Below, piece after piece: positions 38,935 to 51,179 of a DNA stretch of 64,000 nucleotides (positions within the stretch are counted from its first letter, which is position 1; every line of letters begins with the position of its first letter). The stretch is taken from positions 412,982,001-413,046,000 of the forward strand of contig OZ024740.1 of assembly GCA_964016885.1 (NCBI GenBank), given 5' to 3'. Made by a program: the position numbers and the translations under genes. Below the pieces are notes generated by a model. That model saw only the letters and a program-made list of their open reading frames with translations, was not told the DNA's origin and did no database searches. The stretch is from Eledone cirrhosa. Taxonomy: Eukaryota.

Positions 38935-39505
38935 TCGCATGCCAACATAAGAGCAAGAATGAAGTGTTCATTCTACTGACATGGCTATAAAATTGAGGCT
39001 TGTTTGCATAATTACAAACGAATCGAATGTTTTTATTAATATTCGAAAAACTCAGATTACATTTATTTTATTCAGCATGTAGAGCGAAAATTTCTCTTTT
39101 ATTTGAATTTGGCAAACCGGCATTTTATCGCTCGTATACAGGAAACTAACTGGCTAGTCTGCTGATATGCAAATCTGGCTGATCAGTGGATCTGCTAATA
39201 TGCAGATCTGACTGATCAGCCAGTCTGCTAATATGCAAATCAGGCCGATCAGTCACTGTGTATTTTTGAAAACAGCATATATTTTCACTAGCTCTGACAG
39301 TTTGGCAGGTGAACAGTGTGAGCTGTACTGATGAAGGCTGATACCCAGAAACATTAGTATCTGAAGTTCTGTCCGCATGCCAACATAAGAGCAAGAATGA
39401 AGTGTTCATTCTACTGACATGGCTATACAATTGAGGCTTGTTTGCATAATTGCAAACGAATCGAATGTTTTTATTAATATACGAAAAACTCAGATTACGT
39501 TATTG
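38935..39505. repeat. ~130-bp direct repeats (38935-39062, 39375-39500; partial third copy ~19463-19550) bracketing three ~30-bp ATGCAAAT-type repeats
   Basis: cgcatgccaacataagagcaagaatgaagtg..aaaaactcagattac occurs twice; ctgct(g/a)atatgca(a/g)atc x3. Confidence 0.75.
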
Positions 39506-39559
39506 TAGAGCGAAGTTTTCTTATATATTAACATAACAGATTGAAGTTTAAGCAAAGAA

Positions 39560-39969
39560 TGTTATACTTGGGGAGGGTCATATTATTGTAATAACATGGC
39601 CAGAAATGATGATAGAACACACTCACTGTTTAGAAATAAATAAATAAACAGATAAACTAAAAATGGCGTAGACATACAATACAACAGTAGGAACATAATA
39701 GTACCACTGATGATGTTGCACATGTGCAACGAAATAACTTTGTTAGACTATATATATGAGTTTATATCTGTATTTTTGACCGTTGGTCAGTCAATGATAA
39801 ACATTGAGAACCAAATGAATTAACTGTGGAGATATAACAGATACCGAAGCGAAAACCAACCAAACATATTTATGAGTGTGTTATGTCATCATGTCTGGCA
39901 ATATTATTACAACAATATGACCCTCCAACTATATTTGTTTCAACACACGTTTTCATATCAAAAGCCTCG

Positions 39970-39972
<3 letters not shown>
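39560..39972. mobile_element. Second, diverged member of the 26492-27002 hairpin family, with hammerhead at ~39703-39745 and tail on the right
   Basis: ggagggtcatatt / aatatgaccctcc inverted ends; CTGATGA-t-gttgcac at gtgcaac-GAAA; tail gtttcaacacacgttttca matches the reverse complement of 26525-26547. Confidence 0.7.
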
Positions 39973-40037
<65 letters not shown>

Positions 40038-40042
<5 letters not shown>

Positions 40043-40355
40043 ATAATAATAAATTTGAAGACTAAAATCCAAAGAGGGGTCGATAAGGATAAATATATAT
40101 CAAATATATAAGAACCGTTGAGCAAATATTTATTAAAATAGCAGATTAAAGTTTAAGCAAAAAATCGCTGCTTTCACCCTTATCGGGATCTTCTGAAACT
40201 AAAAAAGACAATCTGTGAACGCAGAAGTAAATATTTCAAATATTTCAAAGTTTTTTTAAATATTTACTTCTGTGTTCACAGATTGACCTTTCTAGTTTCA
40301 GAAGATCCCGTTATGGGTGAAAGCACCGATTTGTTGCTTAAACTTTAATCTGTTA

Positions 40356-40361
<6 letters not shown>
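40038..40361. mobile_element. Mini Penelope-like hairpin: tail 40038-40132, arms 40133-40237 / 40258-40361
   Basis: Same termini as the 3.2-kb element at 45962-49195; (TA)n flanks. Confidence 0.85.
40294..40344 (+). ncRNA. Hammerhead-like ribozyme, CAGAAGA core variant
   Basis: agttt-CAGAAGA-tccc gttat gggt-GAAA-gca..tgcTT-aaact. Confidence 0.65.
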
Positions 40362-40432
<71 letters not shown>

Positions 40433-40435
<3 letters not shown>

Positions 40436-40625
40436 ACGAAGGAAATGTGGTAAGGAACCAGGTGGACCATAACGCACCAAAGTACTCAATACTTAGGTTA
40501 GTAGAGTGGGTAATAGGAACGAGTAGGACCCCGACGGCTGAGCTCAACCCGTTTCGACGGCTAATTCTGAACTCAGAATTAGCCGTCGAAACGGCTTGAG
40601 CTCAGCCGTCGGGGTCCTACTCGTT

Positions 40626-40629
<4 letters not shown>
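40433..40629. mobile_element. Mini Penelope-like hairpin: tail 40433-40511, ~58-bp arms centred at ~40571
   Basis: aggaacgagtaggaccccgacggc..ttctga-ac-tcagaa..gccgtcggggtcctactcgttcct; (TA)n flanks. Confidence 0.8.
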
Positions 40630-40656
<27 letters not shown>

Positions 40657-40658
<2 letters not shown>

Positions 40659-41217
40659 AACGTATAAAAGCCGCCTTAATACATAGCTATCAAGTCTTGT
40701 AAGTGCTATATGTTCCATTGCAGTCAACTCTACGTTTATACCTATTAAATTTAATAAACTTTTCATATGCTCACACTTATCTAATAAAGGTTACCTTGCA
40801 CTTCCACTTCCTAACAATATTATTCTCGCCATAGATATGTAATAGTTACGAGTTTTGTACAATAAGTGTGTGTATGCGTGTGTCTACTATTAACATGACA
40901 CCAAGCAGAGCCTTAGCACGATAAGTTTATGATGTACCATCGATGCCTCCAATTTAAAATTGGTTTTATATTCTATTGGTCGTTTACAACTTCCGTCATG
41001 TAAAACTATTTGTACAAAACTTGTAACTATTACATAACGATGGCGAGAATAATATTGTTAGGAAGTGGAAGTGCGAGGTAACCTTTATTAGATAAGTGTG
41101 AGCATGTGAAAAGTTTATTAAATTTAATAGGTATACAACGTAGAGTTGACTGCAATGGAATATATAGCACTTACAAGTCTTGATAGCTATGTATTAAGGC
41201 GGCTTTTATACGTTCAA
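40657..41217. repeat. Inverted repeat, ~205-bp arms (40657-40863 / 41010-41217), starting at (TA)n
   Basis: Arms are near-perfect reverse complements; family unassigned (PLE hairpin or MITE). Confidence 0.85.
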
Positions 41218-42104
41218 AATATGTATGAGATTTAATCTAGTTGCAGCTGATAATCAAAAGCATACGGACAAACGTGGCGTATAAAACTGAAATATTACAA
41301 TGCATTTACCGCCTCAATATTGGTCACCGAATAAAAGTAAAGCAATTTATGTATTCGTGAGATTTCTAATATTTTCTGACCAGCTGTGGATTTCGAATGA
41401 TTTTGATGTCAAGTACCTATTTAAAATCGAGCTATTGCGCTGACATGAAAAATCTCACACATCAATCTATTACTTCGTGGTTGTTAATATACATCAACAT
41501 CATCATATTCTTTGTCGTCATTAATCACCAGATGAATAATCATCATCATCAGATTCATCATACTCATCGGAATCATCGGCATATTTCAATTCATGAAACA
41601 TCTCATCTAGTATAAATTCTTTGCAGATAAAAAGGCATTATAAAAAAATGAAGTCACGTTTTCGTGTGAGTTCATTGCTCATTAGCATAGTTTTGTGGAA
41701 TTTAATTTTATTTTAAGCGCAGCGTAAACGTCTTCCAATAGAAATAGATTCGCAAGAACGATAATAATCAACTTAGTATGCGTCATAGAATATGAAGTAT
41801 AATGTTATAATACACACATAGACACAAATAAATCTACTCAGGAATATATAATTAGAATTTACATTTCTTGCGTTAACCCTACAAAAGCTAAATAAAGACA
41901 AAATATTTTCCTTATCACATGATATATTAGCGAACTAAAATGTTTCCTCCACATAGAAACAACTCAATTGTAGCAATCAACACAGCAAAAGTAAATAAAT
42001 ATAACACAAACATCGCCCCCCCCCACCCCCCGCCGCAGAGAAATATATGGTTGCAAATACATCACGTATAAATTTGGTAAGTGGGAATAATAATAATAAT
42101 AATA

Positions 42105-42835
42105 ATTGGTTCTACATTTGGCACAAGGCTGGCAATTACCCAGTGCATTACTGGTAGTTTATTTTATCGATCCCGTAAGGATGAAAGGCATAGTTAACCT
42201 CGGCGGGATTTGAATTCAGAATCGAAAGGGCCGTAACTCTATCTCTCAAAGCATGGCGTCCGACCCTCTACCAATACTGCCAATCAAACCCATCTATACA
42301 ATAATAATTGTTTCTACAAGGCCAGCATGTTTTGGGGAGGGGAAAATCAATTAAATCAACCCCAGTGTATAACTGGTGCTTTATTGTATAGAGGCCGTAA
42401 TAATTGTTTCTACTTTTGGCACAAGGCCAGCAAATATCCAGTGTATTACTGGTACTTTATTTTATCGACCCCGTAAGGAATAAAAAGCAAAGTTAACCTT
42501 GGCGGGATTTCAACTCAGAATGGCAAGGGCCGTAACTCTATGCTTCAAAGCATGGTGTCCAACCCTCTACCGATACTGCCAATAATGAAAGACAAAGCTA
42601 ACCACGGCTACTTGAACACAAAACATAAATGGCCATAACTCTATGCTACAAAAAATGGTGTCTGATGCTCTACCGATACTGCAATTCCGCCACCCTTAAT
42701 CATGATTCCTACCATAGGCATAAGGCCAGCAATTTTGGTGAGGGGAAAGTCGATTGCATCGACCCCAGTGCATTACTGCTGCTCTATTTTAAAGACCTCG
42801 AAATGATGAAAGTTGAATTCGGCGAGATTTGAACG
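42105..42835 (-). mobile_element. Cluster of four to five tandem/nested SINE copies
   Basis: Repeated ttctac..cacaaggcc..tcgaccccgtaaggatgaaagg..gatttgaa.tcag..ccgatactgcca; preceded by (AAT)n. Confidence 0.85.
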
Positions 42836-43049
42836 TAGAAAATCCTAATTTAATACCGCAATATATGTTGTCCGGAGTGTAAAATGCTGAATTGGTAAGC
42901 GACGCAGTATAGCGGACTTCAATTTTAAGGTTTGAGGACCACTTGAAGTCGTTTACTTCACCCTCTAGAGATATTGTCTAAAAAAAAACAAAGAAAAAAA
43001 AAACAACTGTCGTGGTGGAACCTTAAAGCCACTAACCTCAATGAGTGAA

Positions 43050-43600
43050 ATGAATCAAAACAATTGTATACTCTAATACGTGAATGTTGTCGGAACTTCT
43101 AGTGAAAGTGCCTCGTCCGACAAGTACCCTGTGGTTGAGCAGCACAGGTCCGGTTGTCATCATGACACTACTAGAATGAAGTGGCGTAAGGAGGTAAACG
43201 AGACTGTTATGGAGTGTTATTCTTGAAACAAGCCATTCAATGAAAATGGTGTGTAAATTAGAGGACATAGATTAAGGGTGTTACGAGTATGGCATGAGAT
43301 GGGGTTCTTTGACTCAACTGAACAGAGGATTTGTGATCAGGCAAGGGCAATACTAAAGAAAATGAATGCATATCTAAAATGGAGATTGAAATGATAAAGA
43401 GAACGATAAGCCAGAAGGGCGTTCAGGATATAGACGTTCAGGGCGTTGCAGATTGAAATGGAGATGAGAGTATGTAAATAGATAGAATCACAGAGGATGC
43501 TGTGGGAGGGGACATTAACATCAATAAACTGAAGAACATATCGGAAAAAGGTGAAACGAATGATTATTGATATATCGGAAATCTCGGCAGGGATAGTGAA
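43050..43600 (+). pseudogene. 5' fragment of another R4/Dong ORF
   Basis: [41 protein letters not shown] aligns to WTKELNRTVMQCY..RGYRRRMHNIWNEIGLF..EQKLAGQARVI of the 1130-aa ORF. Confidence 0.75.
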
Positions 43601-43659
43601 GTCTGGTGAGAATAACACTGTCACAGTATTGACCAGACAGATACATCGCCGCTGAAAAG

Positions 43660-43825
43660 ACAGACAATTGCACTTTGGATGGCAAGAGGGAGTCATCGTT
43701 AAACTCCCGAAAGAGGGTCAAACAGATTGTGTCAGCTGGCGTGGCATCACACTACAGTTGGTCCCGGGTAAAGAGCTAAACATGATGTTGCTACAACAGC
43801 AATCACAAGATGTGGACTCTATGTG
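43660..43825 (+). pseudogene. RTE-clade RT fragment
   Basis: WQEGVIVKLPKEGQTDCVSWRGITLQLVPGK. Confidence 0.7.
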
Positions 43826-43944
43826 AAAATTGATCTACCAACTGCGTTTAGAAGTGGCGCAAGTCGTCCTCTGTCTGGTAGCTATGCCGAAATAAGTTGT
43901 ATGGTGGATATCTAAAATTCTGCAGACAGAAATCTCCCTCTTCT

Positions 43945-44670
43945 ACCGGGCCGTAATCAACTAATTCAAACAACACCCTAGAAAAAGGAAGAGGGTAGAA
44001 AGAGAGACGTTACATCCTAGTTTGTTACATAAAGATGGGTGACAATAGCAACCTTGAGGAGACTTACCCAGAAGATACTCTTCTCAGCAGAATGACAGAA
44101 ATCACGTCAGCAGAGGGCAGATTCAATGACTGTCAGTAGACAGTGTAATCCGGACATTTCAGTGGGTTTTCCTCAAGAGTAATCCCTTCTTATAGAGGTA
44201 AATTCCGAAGTTATATATGTTGTTTTGTAATAATATGATGACAATTTATTACGAGTTTTGTTATTATCATATGTTCTGTTTTCCATTTGTATTATATCTG
44301 TACCACCAGGCCGTAATCAACTACTTCAAATAACACCAGAGGAAAAGGAAGAGGGTAGAAAGAGAGATGTTATCTCCTAGTATGTGGCATAAAAGATGGG
44401 TGACAATAGCAACTTTGAGGAGACTGAACGGGCTTACCCAGAAGCTACTTTTCTAAGCAGAATGAAAGAAATCACGTCTGGATAGGGCAGATTTAATGAC
44501 TGCGAGTGGACAGTGTAATCCGGACATCTGAGTGGGTTTTCCTCGAGAATAGTCCCCTCATATATAGGAATATTCCTAGGTGATATATATTGTTTTGTAA
44601 TGATATCATAACAATGTATTACACGTTTTTGTTATTATCATATGTACTGTTTTCTATTTGTATTATATAT
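43945..44670. repeat. Tandem duplication of a ~360-bp unit
   Basis: ggccgtaatcaacta..tttgtattatat at ~43949-44297 and ~44309-44670. Confidence 0.85.
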
Positions 44671-44779
44671 ACTGTTTCCCTTTCCTTTATTCCCTATAAA
44701 GCTCACGGTGTATCTTTTCGTCACTGTATTGTCTGTAACGCAGTGGGCTTGTATTGACAATAAAATACTTGATTATTTT

Positions 44780-44965
44780 GGCAGTATCGGTAGAGAGTTG
44801 GACGCCATGCTTTCCAGCATAGTTACGTCCTTTTACGGTCTGAGTTCAAATCCCGCCGAGGTTCACTTTGCCTTTCATCCTTATGGGATCGATAAAATAA
44901 AGTACCAGTAATGTACTGGGTAATTGCTGGCCTTGTGCTAAAAGTAGAATCAATTATTATTATTA
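44780..44965 (+). mobile_element. tRNA-derived SINE, near full length
   Basis: A-box-like tggcagtatcgg, B-box gagttcaaatcc, central gcctttcatcct..tcgataaaataaagtaccag block, (ATT)n tail. Confidence 0.85.
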
Positions 44966-45111
44966 TTGTTTTTGCGGATTTCGTATAATCTCTTGCCTGT
45001 GACCTGAGGCCAGAGAAGATAAGAGACTGCTGGGTTTATTTCAAAACGTTTTATTTACAGTAAAAAGTATGTCTTGCACAAACTCACACATATTCACGAC
45101 CCACAAACACA

Positions 45112-45190
<79 letters not shown>

Positions 45191-45261
45191 GTACATAAAA
45201 ATACCAGAACGCACACATACACATAAACAAACATACTGCTCATAAATGAATAAATAAATAT

Positions 45262-45350
45262 ATATTTGCTCAAGCGTTCTTATATATTTGATATATATTT
45301 ATCCTTATCGAGCCCCCTTTAGATTTTAGTCTTCAAATGTTCTTGTTATT

Positions 45351-45358
<8 letters not shown>
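45262..45358 (+). mobile_element. Solo tail of the CAGAAGA-family PLE
   Basis: Reverse complement of 45962-46053; ends in ttattattat followed by (TA)n. Confidence 0.75.
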
Positions 45359-45381
<23 letters not shown>

Positions 45382-45384
45382 ATT

Positions 45385-45566
45385 ATTGTTTCTACTTTTG
45401 GCCAGCTATTACCCCAGTGCATTACTGGTACTTATTTTATCGACCCCGTAAGGATGAAAGGCAAAGTTTACCTCGGCGGGATTTCAACTCAGAATGGCAA
45501 GGGCCGTAACTCAATGCGTCAAAGCATGGCGTCCGACCCTCTACCGATACTGCCAATCCACCGCCC
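45385..45566 (-). mobile_element. tRNA-derived SINE
   Basis: Matches 44780-44965. Confidence 0.85.
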
Positions 45567-45672
45567 TTATATATATAATTATAATATATATATATATATA
45601 TACATACATATATATATATATATATATACATACATACATATGTATATATATATATATATATGCATATTTATA

Positions 45673-45734
<62 letters not shown>

Positions 45735-45925
45735 ATTATTAAATATAGAAATAGATAAATAAATGCCATTGTTAAATAATAAATAAATCAACTAATACCT
45801 TAACTCTTCACACAAAGTAAAACATTTCGTTTTAATCATTTTCTAACCCAGAAAAAAGAGAGAGAGAAACAAAAAAGGAAAAAAATATTTTTTTCTTCCT
45901 AATAATCGTCTCTTTCTCCCTGTTT

Positions 45926-45965
<40 letters not shown>

Positions 45966-47631
45966 ATAATAATAAATTTTAAGACTAAAATCCAAAGAGG
46001 GCTCGATAAGGATAAATATATATCAAATATATAAGAACCGTAGAGCAAATATTTATTAAAATAACAGATTAAAGTTTAAGCAAAGAATCGCTGCTTTCAC
46101 CCTTAACGGGAGCTTCTGAAACTAACAAAGTCAATCTGTAAACGCAGAACTGGATATTTCAAAAAACTTTGCAACCGGAGGAAGACAGGAAGACGATACT
46201 TTGGTTCGTGGAAACGTTCGCTGGCGAAGAACGGGAAAAGACGAATAATACGTCATTAATAGGAGCGGTGAAAAACAATTACGCGCAAAGACAGAACCAC
46301 GTTTATGGTATAAAAGAGGTCGTAGACTAATGTTCTCTTAGGTGGTGCATAGAGACGTTCTCTGGCAATGAACGAAAAAACGAAGATAATATGTCATATG
46401 TGGAGCGTGGAGAACAATAGCACGCAAAGACAAAACCATGTAAATGGTATAGCCCAAGTCGTAGACTAAAATTCTAACTAGGAGACCAAATGAATCTCCG
46501 CTACAGAGTTAAGAACAAAGTAAATAAATACAATACAGAAGTAATAAATAAATACATACACGCAAACAAAAACGTACATACACAAGCATACGCAAAACCT
46601 TACCATAGGTATACAAAACCACGCACATATAAATATGTGTGTGTGTATGCGTGTATACAAATAAATAAATAATTATATAAACGTATATAAATAAATAAAT
46701 ACGTATATAACAAGCGCACACACATACCTACATATAAATACACGAAGGTTCGGAGACGTAAGTCAACTAAAACAAGAAGTACACATATACACACCCCCAT
46801 CATACGTACGAACCTACATAATCACACAGACGCAAAAACTCCCGTATACACATAGCCAAACCCTATGTACCAGAATATATAAAATTATACGCCATAGCAA
46901 TCAAATATACGTACGAGAAGGTATACGTACCTTCACAAAACATACGGGTAGTATATACTTACCTATGCAAATAAGTAAAGGAATAAACAAAACATATACT
47001 TAGCTCCCACATCAAGACGTAAAATATCCACGTAGAGATCGTACTATCCGGTCTGCGGCGTAGAGATCGTACTATGTGGTCTGCGGCGTAGAGTATTTCC
47101 AGGGCCTCAGCGGCGCAGAGGTCACCTGGTCTTTTATTTCCGTTATACGATCTAGCCCTAGCTAGGATCTCCCAGTGTAACTTATATTGGGTGTGGTTGT
47201 CTTTTAGACTCCAGATATAAGCTGAAAGTGACGTCATATTCCTTCTTAGAGGGTAACGAAAAGAATGGGTATGCATGTAAAGACGCTGCTTGAAACTATT
47301 GGCGGTTAACCCTATGTAGGCCCTACGGGACGTGGGTGTTACAACCTTACATTTGTAGACAATGTTACTAGAGAGGCATTTCCCGGATAGAGGCAATCAG
47401 CCCGATTCCTACAATTACAGTTAGTACTAACTACAGGGTTGCACGTGTTCCTACGGCTAGGTAGTTTAGCTAAATTTGAAGCTGTGATGTTATGTGAAAG
47501 GTTAGGAGTTGTAGATTAAGAAATTTTAATAGTATTTCTATTAAAAATTTTACTATATTTATGTGTAGGGGGAAACTCCTTCGTAATAAGGGAAAGAAAG
47601 ATCTTAGCTTATGGTGTGGCCACCTCCATAT

Positions 47632-48204
47632 TGTATTTTTAATAGAAATACTATTAAAATTTCTTACTCTACGACTCCTAACCTTGCACATAACATCACA
47701 GCTTCAAATTTAGCTAAACTACCTAGCCGTAGTAACACGTGCAACCCTGTAGTTAGTACTAACTGTAATTGTAGGAATCGGGCTGATTGCCCCCTATCCG
47801 GGAAAGGCCTCTCTAGTAACATTGTCTACAAATGTAAGGTTGTAACACCCACGTCCCGTAGGGCCTACATAGGGTTAACCGCCAATAGTTTCAAGCAGCG
47901 TCTTTACATGCATACCCATTCTTTTCGTTACCCTCTAAGAAGGAATATGACGTCACTTTCAGCTTATATCTGGAGTCTAAAAGACAACCACACCCAATAT
48001 AAGTTACACTCGGAGATCCTAGCTAGGGCTAGATCGTATAACGGAAATAAAAGACCAGGTGACCTCTGCGCCGCTGAGGCCCTGGAAATACTCTACGCCG
48101 CAGACCACATCTTAAACAAAAAATCTGAGGCAATTTCGGCTTGTAAACATAATTTGCACAAAACTTTCCTGTATTACAGCCCCACATTATACCCTAACGG
48201 ATAG
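47632..48204 (+). pseudogene. GIY-YIG endonuclease domain of a Penelope-like element (5'-truncated); mirrored copy at 46959-47530 on -
   Basis: FNRNTIKISYS, CNCRNRADCPL (CxCx5C), NIVYKC..AYIGLT..FKQR..H, LC..EALEI, LNKKSE. Confidence 0.9.
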
Positions 48205-49126
48205 TACGATCTCTACGTGGATATTTTACGTCTTGATGTGGGAGCCGGAGTATATGTTTTGTTTATTCCTTTACTTATTTGCATAGGTAAGTATATACTA
48301 CCCGTATGTTTTGTGAAGGTACGTATACCTTCTCGTACGTATATTTGATTGCTATGGCGTATAATTTTATATATTCTGGTACATAGGGTTTGGCTATGTG
48401 TATACGGGAGTTTTGCGTCTGTGTGATTATGTAGGTTCGTACGTATGGTGGGTGTGTGTATATGTGTACTTCTTGTTTTAGTTGACTTACGTCTCCGAAC
48501 CTTCGTGTATTTATATGTAGGTATGTGTGTGCGCTTGTTATATACGTATTCATTTATTTATATACGTTCATATAATTATTTATTTATTTGTATACACGCA
48601 TACACACACACACATATTTATATGTGCGTGGTTTTGTATACCTATGGTAAGGTTTTGCGTATGCTTGTGTATGTACGTTTTTGTTTGCGTGTATGTATTT
48701 ATTTATTACTTCTGTATTGTATTTATTTACTTTGTTCTTAACTCTGTAGCGGATATTCATTTGGTCTCCTAGTTAGAATTTTAGTCTACGACTTGGGCTA
48801 TACCATTTACTTGGTTTTGTCTTTGCGTGCTATTGTTCTCCACGCTCCACATATGACGTATTATCTTCGTTTTTTCGTTCATTGCCAGAGAACGTCTCTA
48901 TGCACCACCTAAGAGAACATTAGTCTACGACCTCTTTTATACCATAAACGTGGTTCTTTCTTTGCGAGTAAATGTTTTTCACCGCTCCTATTAATGACGT
49001 ATTATTCGTTTTTTCCCGTTCTTCGCCAGAGAACGTTTCCACGAACCACAGTATCGTCTACCTGTCTTCCTCCGGTTGCAAAGTTTTTTGAAATATTCAG
49101 TTCTGCGTTTACAGATTGACTTTGTT

Positions 49127-49177
49127 AGTTTCAGAAGATCCTTTTAAGGGTGAAAGCAGCGATTCTATGCTTAAACT
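49127..49177 (+). ncRNA. Hammerhead-like ribozyme, CAGAAGA core variant
   Basis: agttt-CAGAAGA-tcctt tt aagggt-GAAA-gca..tgcTT-aaact. Confidence 0.65.
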
Positions 49178-49199
49178 TTAATCTGTTATTTTAATATAG

Positions 49200-49292
<93 letters not shown>

Positions 49293-49456
49293 CATATATA
49301 TATATATTAAAAACGGAAGTGAGGTTCTATACAAAACAGTGGGTATAGAGAAAAGATGAAGTTGGAAATAGCACGGGAAATATATTTAAGGGTCTTAAAT
49401 TGTTTTCTATCTTCAAGAAAACCAATAAATTTGAAACAAGCTATATTGACAGATAA

Positions 49457-51179
49457 CACCGGGTAACAAAAAGAATTATTTCCTCTGCCCTGGCTTGTAA
49501 TCACTTTTTTGTGTTGCTTATGTCCCAAATAGATAAAATAAAAAGTGCTATTAAACAGTTAAAAGTTGGGGTTTGTAAAAATTCTAAGCTATTCACTAGA
49601 ATTATTTGTATGCTGGATTTTACGTTGCATGTAAGTTTAATTTGCTTATGTTAAAGGCTTTTATATATGTTTTAGGTTAAATTAAAATTATAAAATAAAG
49701 AGTAATACCTAAAGAAAATTATAAAAGTGCAATAAAGTATAAAATTGTTAAAAAGTGGATTAAAGTGATTTATTGATACTGGATTTTCGCACCCTGAATA
49801 AATCATTCGTCTCCAGGATGAAGCAGTGGAACTTGGTCAAGGAGGAAATGTAGGTGACAAGTCAGAGAAGTCGACACGAATCTTTCTCAGATTTTTATAT
49901 TCGTTGGGATGGTCTCTGCTTCTGCCATGACGTGCCTGGACTGTTTGATATTATCGGGGTGCCGTTTGTGCCCAAGGAGTGGCGGCTATTTATAGACAGC
50001 TCCACCACAAGTTTGAAGGCTATCCTCCTCCACAATGGAAAGAAGTTCCCGACACTACCCCTAGCTCATTCAGTCTGCCTGAAGGAAGATTACTACAGTG
50101 TGAAAGTCCTCTTGGAAGCTCTGCAATACAACCAGTACAATTGGAAAATCATTGGAGACTTCAAGATGGTGGCTTTCCTGCTTGGACTCTCCAAGGAGGT
50201 TTTATCACATTCCAATTCTTCCTCTGCCTTTGGGACAGCAGAGCCACCTCTGACCACTACAAAAGAAAGAACTGGGAGCAGAAAACAGAATTTGTAGTTG
50301 GGACCCGGAACGTCATCTGAGAGCCACTGGTTGATCCCAGGATTGTGCTCATGCCGCCACTGCACATTAAGTTGGGGTTGATGAAGCAGTTTGTGAAGGC
50401 TCTCAACCAAGAATCAGCCACTTTTAAGTACCTTCTTGAGTTCTTCCCCAAGTTATCTGAGGCCAAAATCAAAAGGTGGAATTTTTGTTGGACCTCAGAT
50501 AAAGAAGGTGTTTGAGTGTACCGAGTTCCCCAATACGATCAATAGGATTGAGAGAACAGCATGGAACTGTTTCAAGGCAGTTGTTAAGGGCATCCTGAGC
50601 AACTATAGAGCTGAAAACTACCAGCAACTGGTACAGGATCTGATAAAGGCTTTTGGCGCCATGGGATGCAGGATGTCGCTTAAACTCCATTTGCTGGACG
50701 CTCAATTGGAAAAGTTCAAGGACAATATGGGCACCTACTCAGAAGAACAAGGCGAACGATTCCACCAAGATGTGAAAGAGATAGAGCGGAGGTACCAGGG
50801 CCACTACAATGAAAGAATGATGATGGACTATATCTGGTGGCTAGTGCGGGAATGCGACCTGGACTACAACCGCAAATCCAGGAAATCCAGTCATTTTTGA
50901 CGTGTATAAGTTGCTTTGTAAGTGTTATTTGTTTTTACTTGTTTGCTTTTGATAAGATTGTGTAATAAAATGAATATATACTCTGTTGATTTAATTGTAT
51001 GAACTGATAAATTTTTTTTAAATGTGTTTTTTCTTGAAAAATATGAACATTTCGAAATATCAAACTCCTGACCACAAACCCAAACTTCTGATTAAATAAT
51101 AGTGTTTTCATAATAATGGCATATAACATACCAGGAAATGACACTTAGAACCGGGGAACAAAAAATATGTTACACGGTG
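49457..51179 (+). mobile_element. Chapaev3-type (CMC) DNA transposon, internally deleted
   Basis: TIRs caccgggtaaca / tgttacacggtg; 3-bp TAA duplication at 49454-49456 and 51180-51182; transposase remnant inside. Confidence 0.88.
49810..50900 (+). pseudogene. Chapaev transposase, C-terminal catalytic part, frameshifted
   Basis: WRLFIDSS, GDFKMV, LQGGF..FLCLWDSRA, PPLHIKLGLMKQFVK, GIFVGPQI, MSLKLH, SEEQGERFHQD, ERRYQG. Confidence 0.88.

Larger units (their letters stand above)
45962..49195. mobile_element. 3.2-kb palindromic Penelope-like element: two 5'-truncated copies joined head to head (left arm with 92-nt tail)
   Basis: 46054-47530 mirrors 47635-49195; both arms encode the GIY-YIG domain; terminal hammerheads; (TA)n flanks. 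Confidence 0.9.

Noticed and set aside
39325-39362. CTGATGA..GAAA hammerhead candidate
   Set aside because: Stems I and II do not pair convincingly; not called as a ribozyme.
43945-44670. Possible tandem solo LTRs (TG..CA at ~44144-44512)
   Set aside because: No PBS, PPT, TSD or internal domain; kept as a plain duplication.
44780-44860. tRNA gene
   Set aside because: A/B boxes belong to a SINE head; no cloverleaf.
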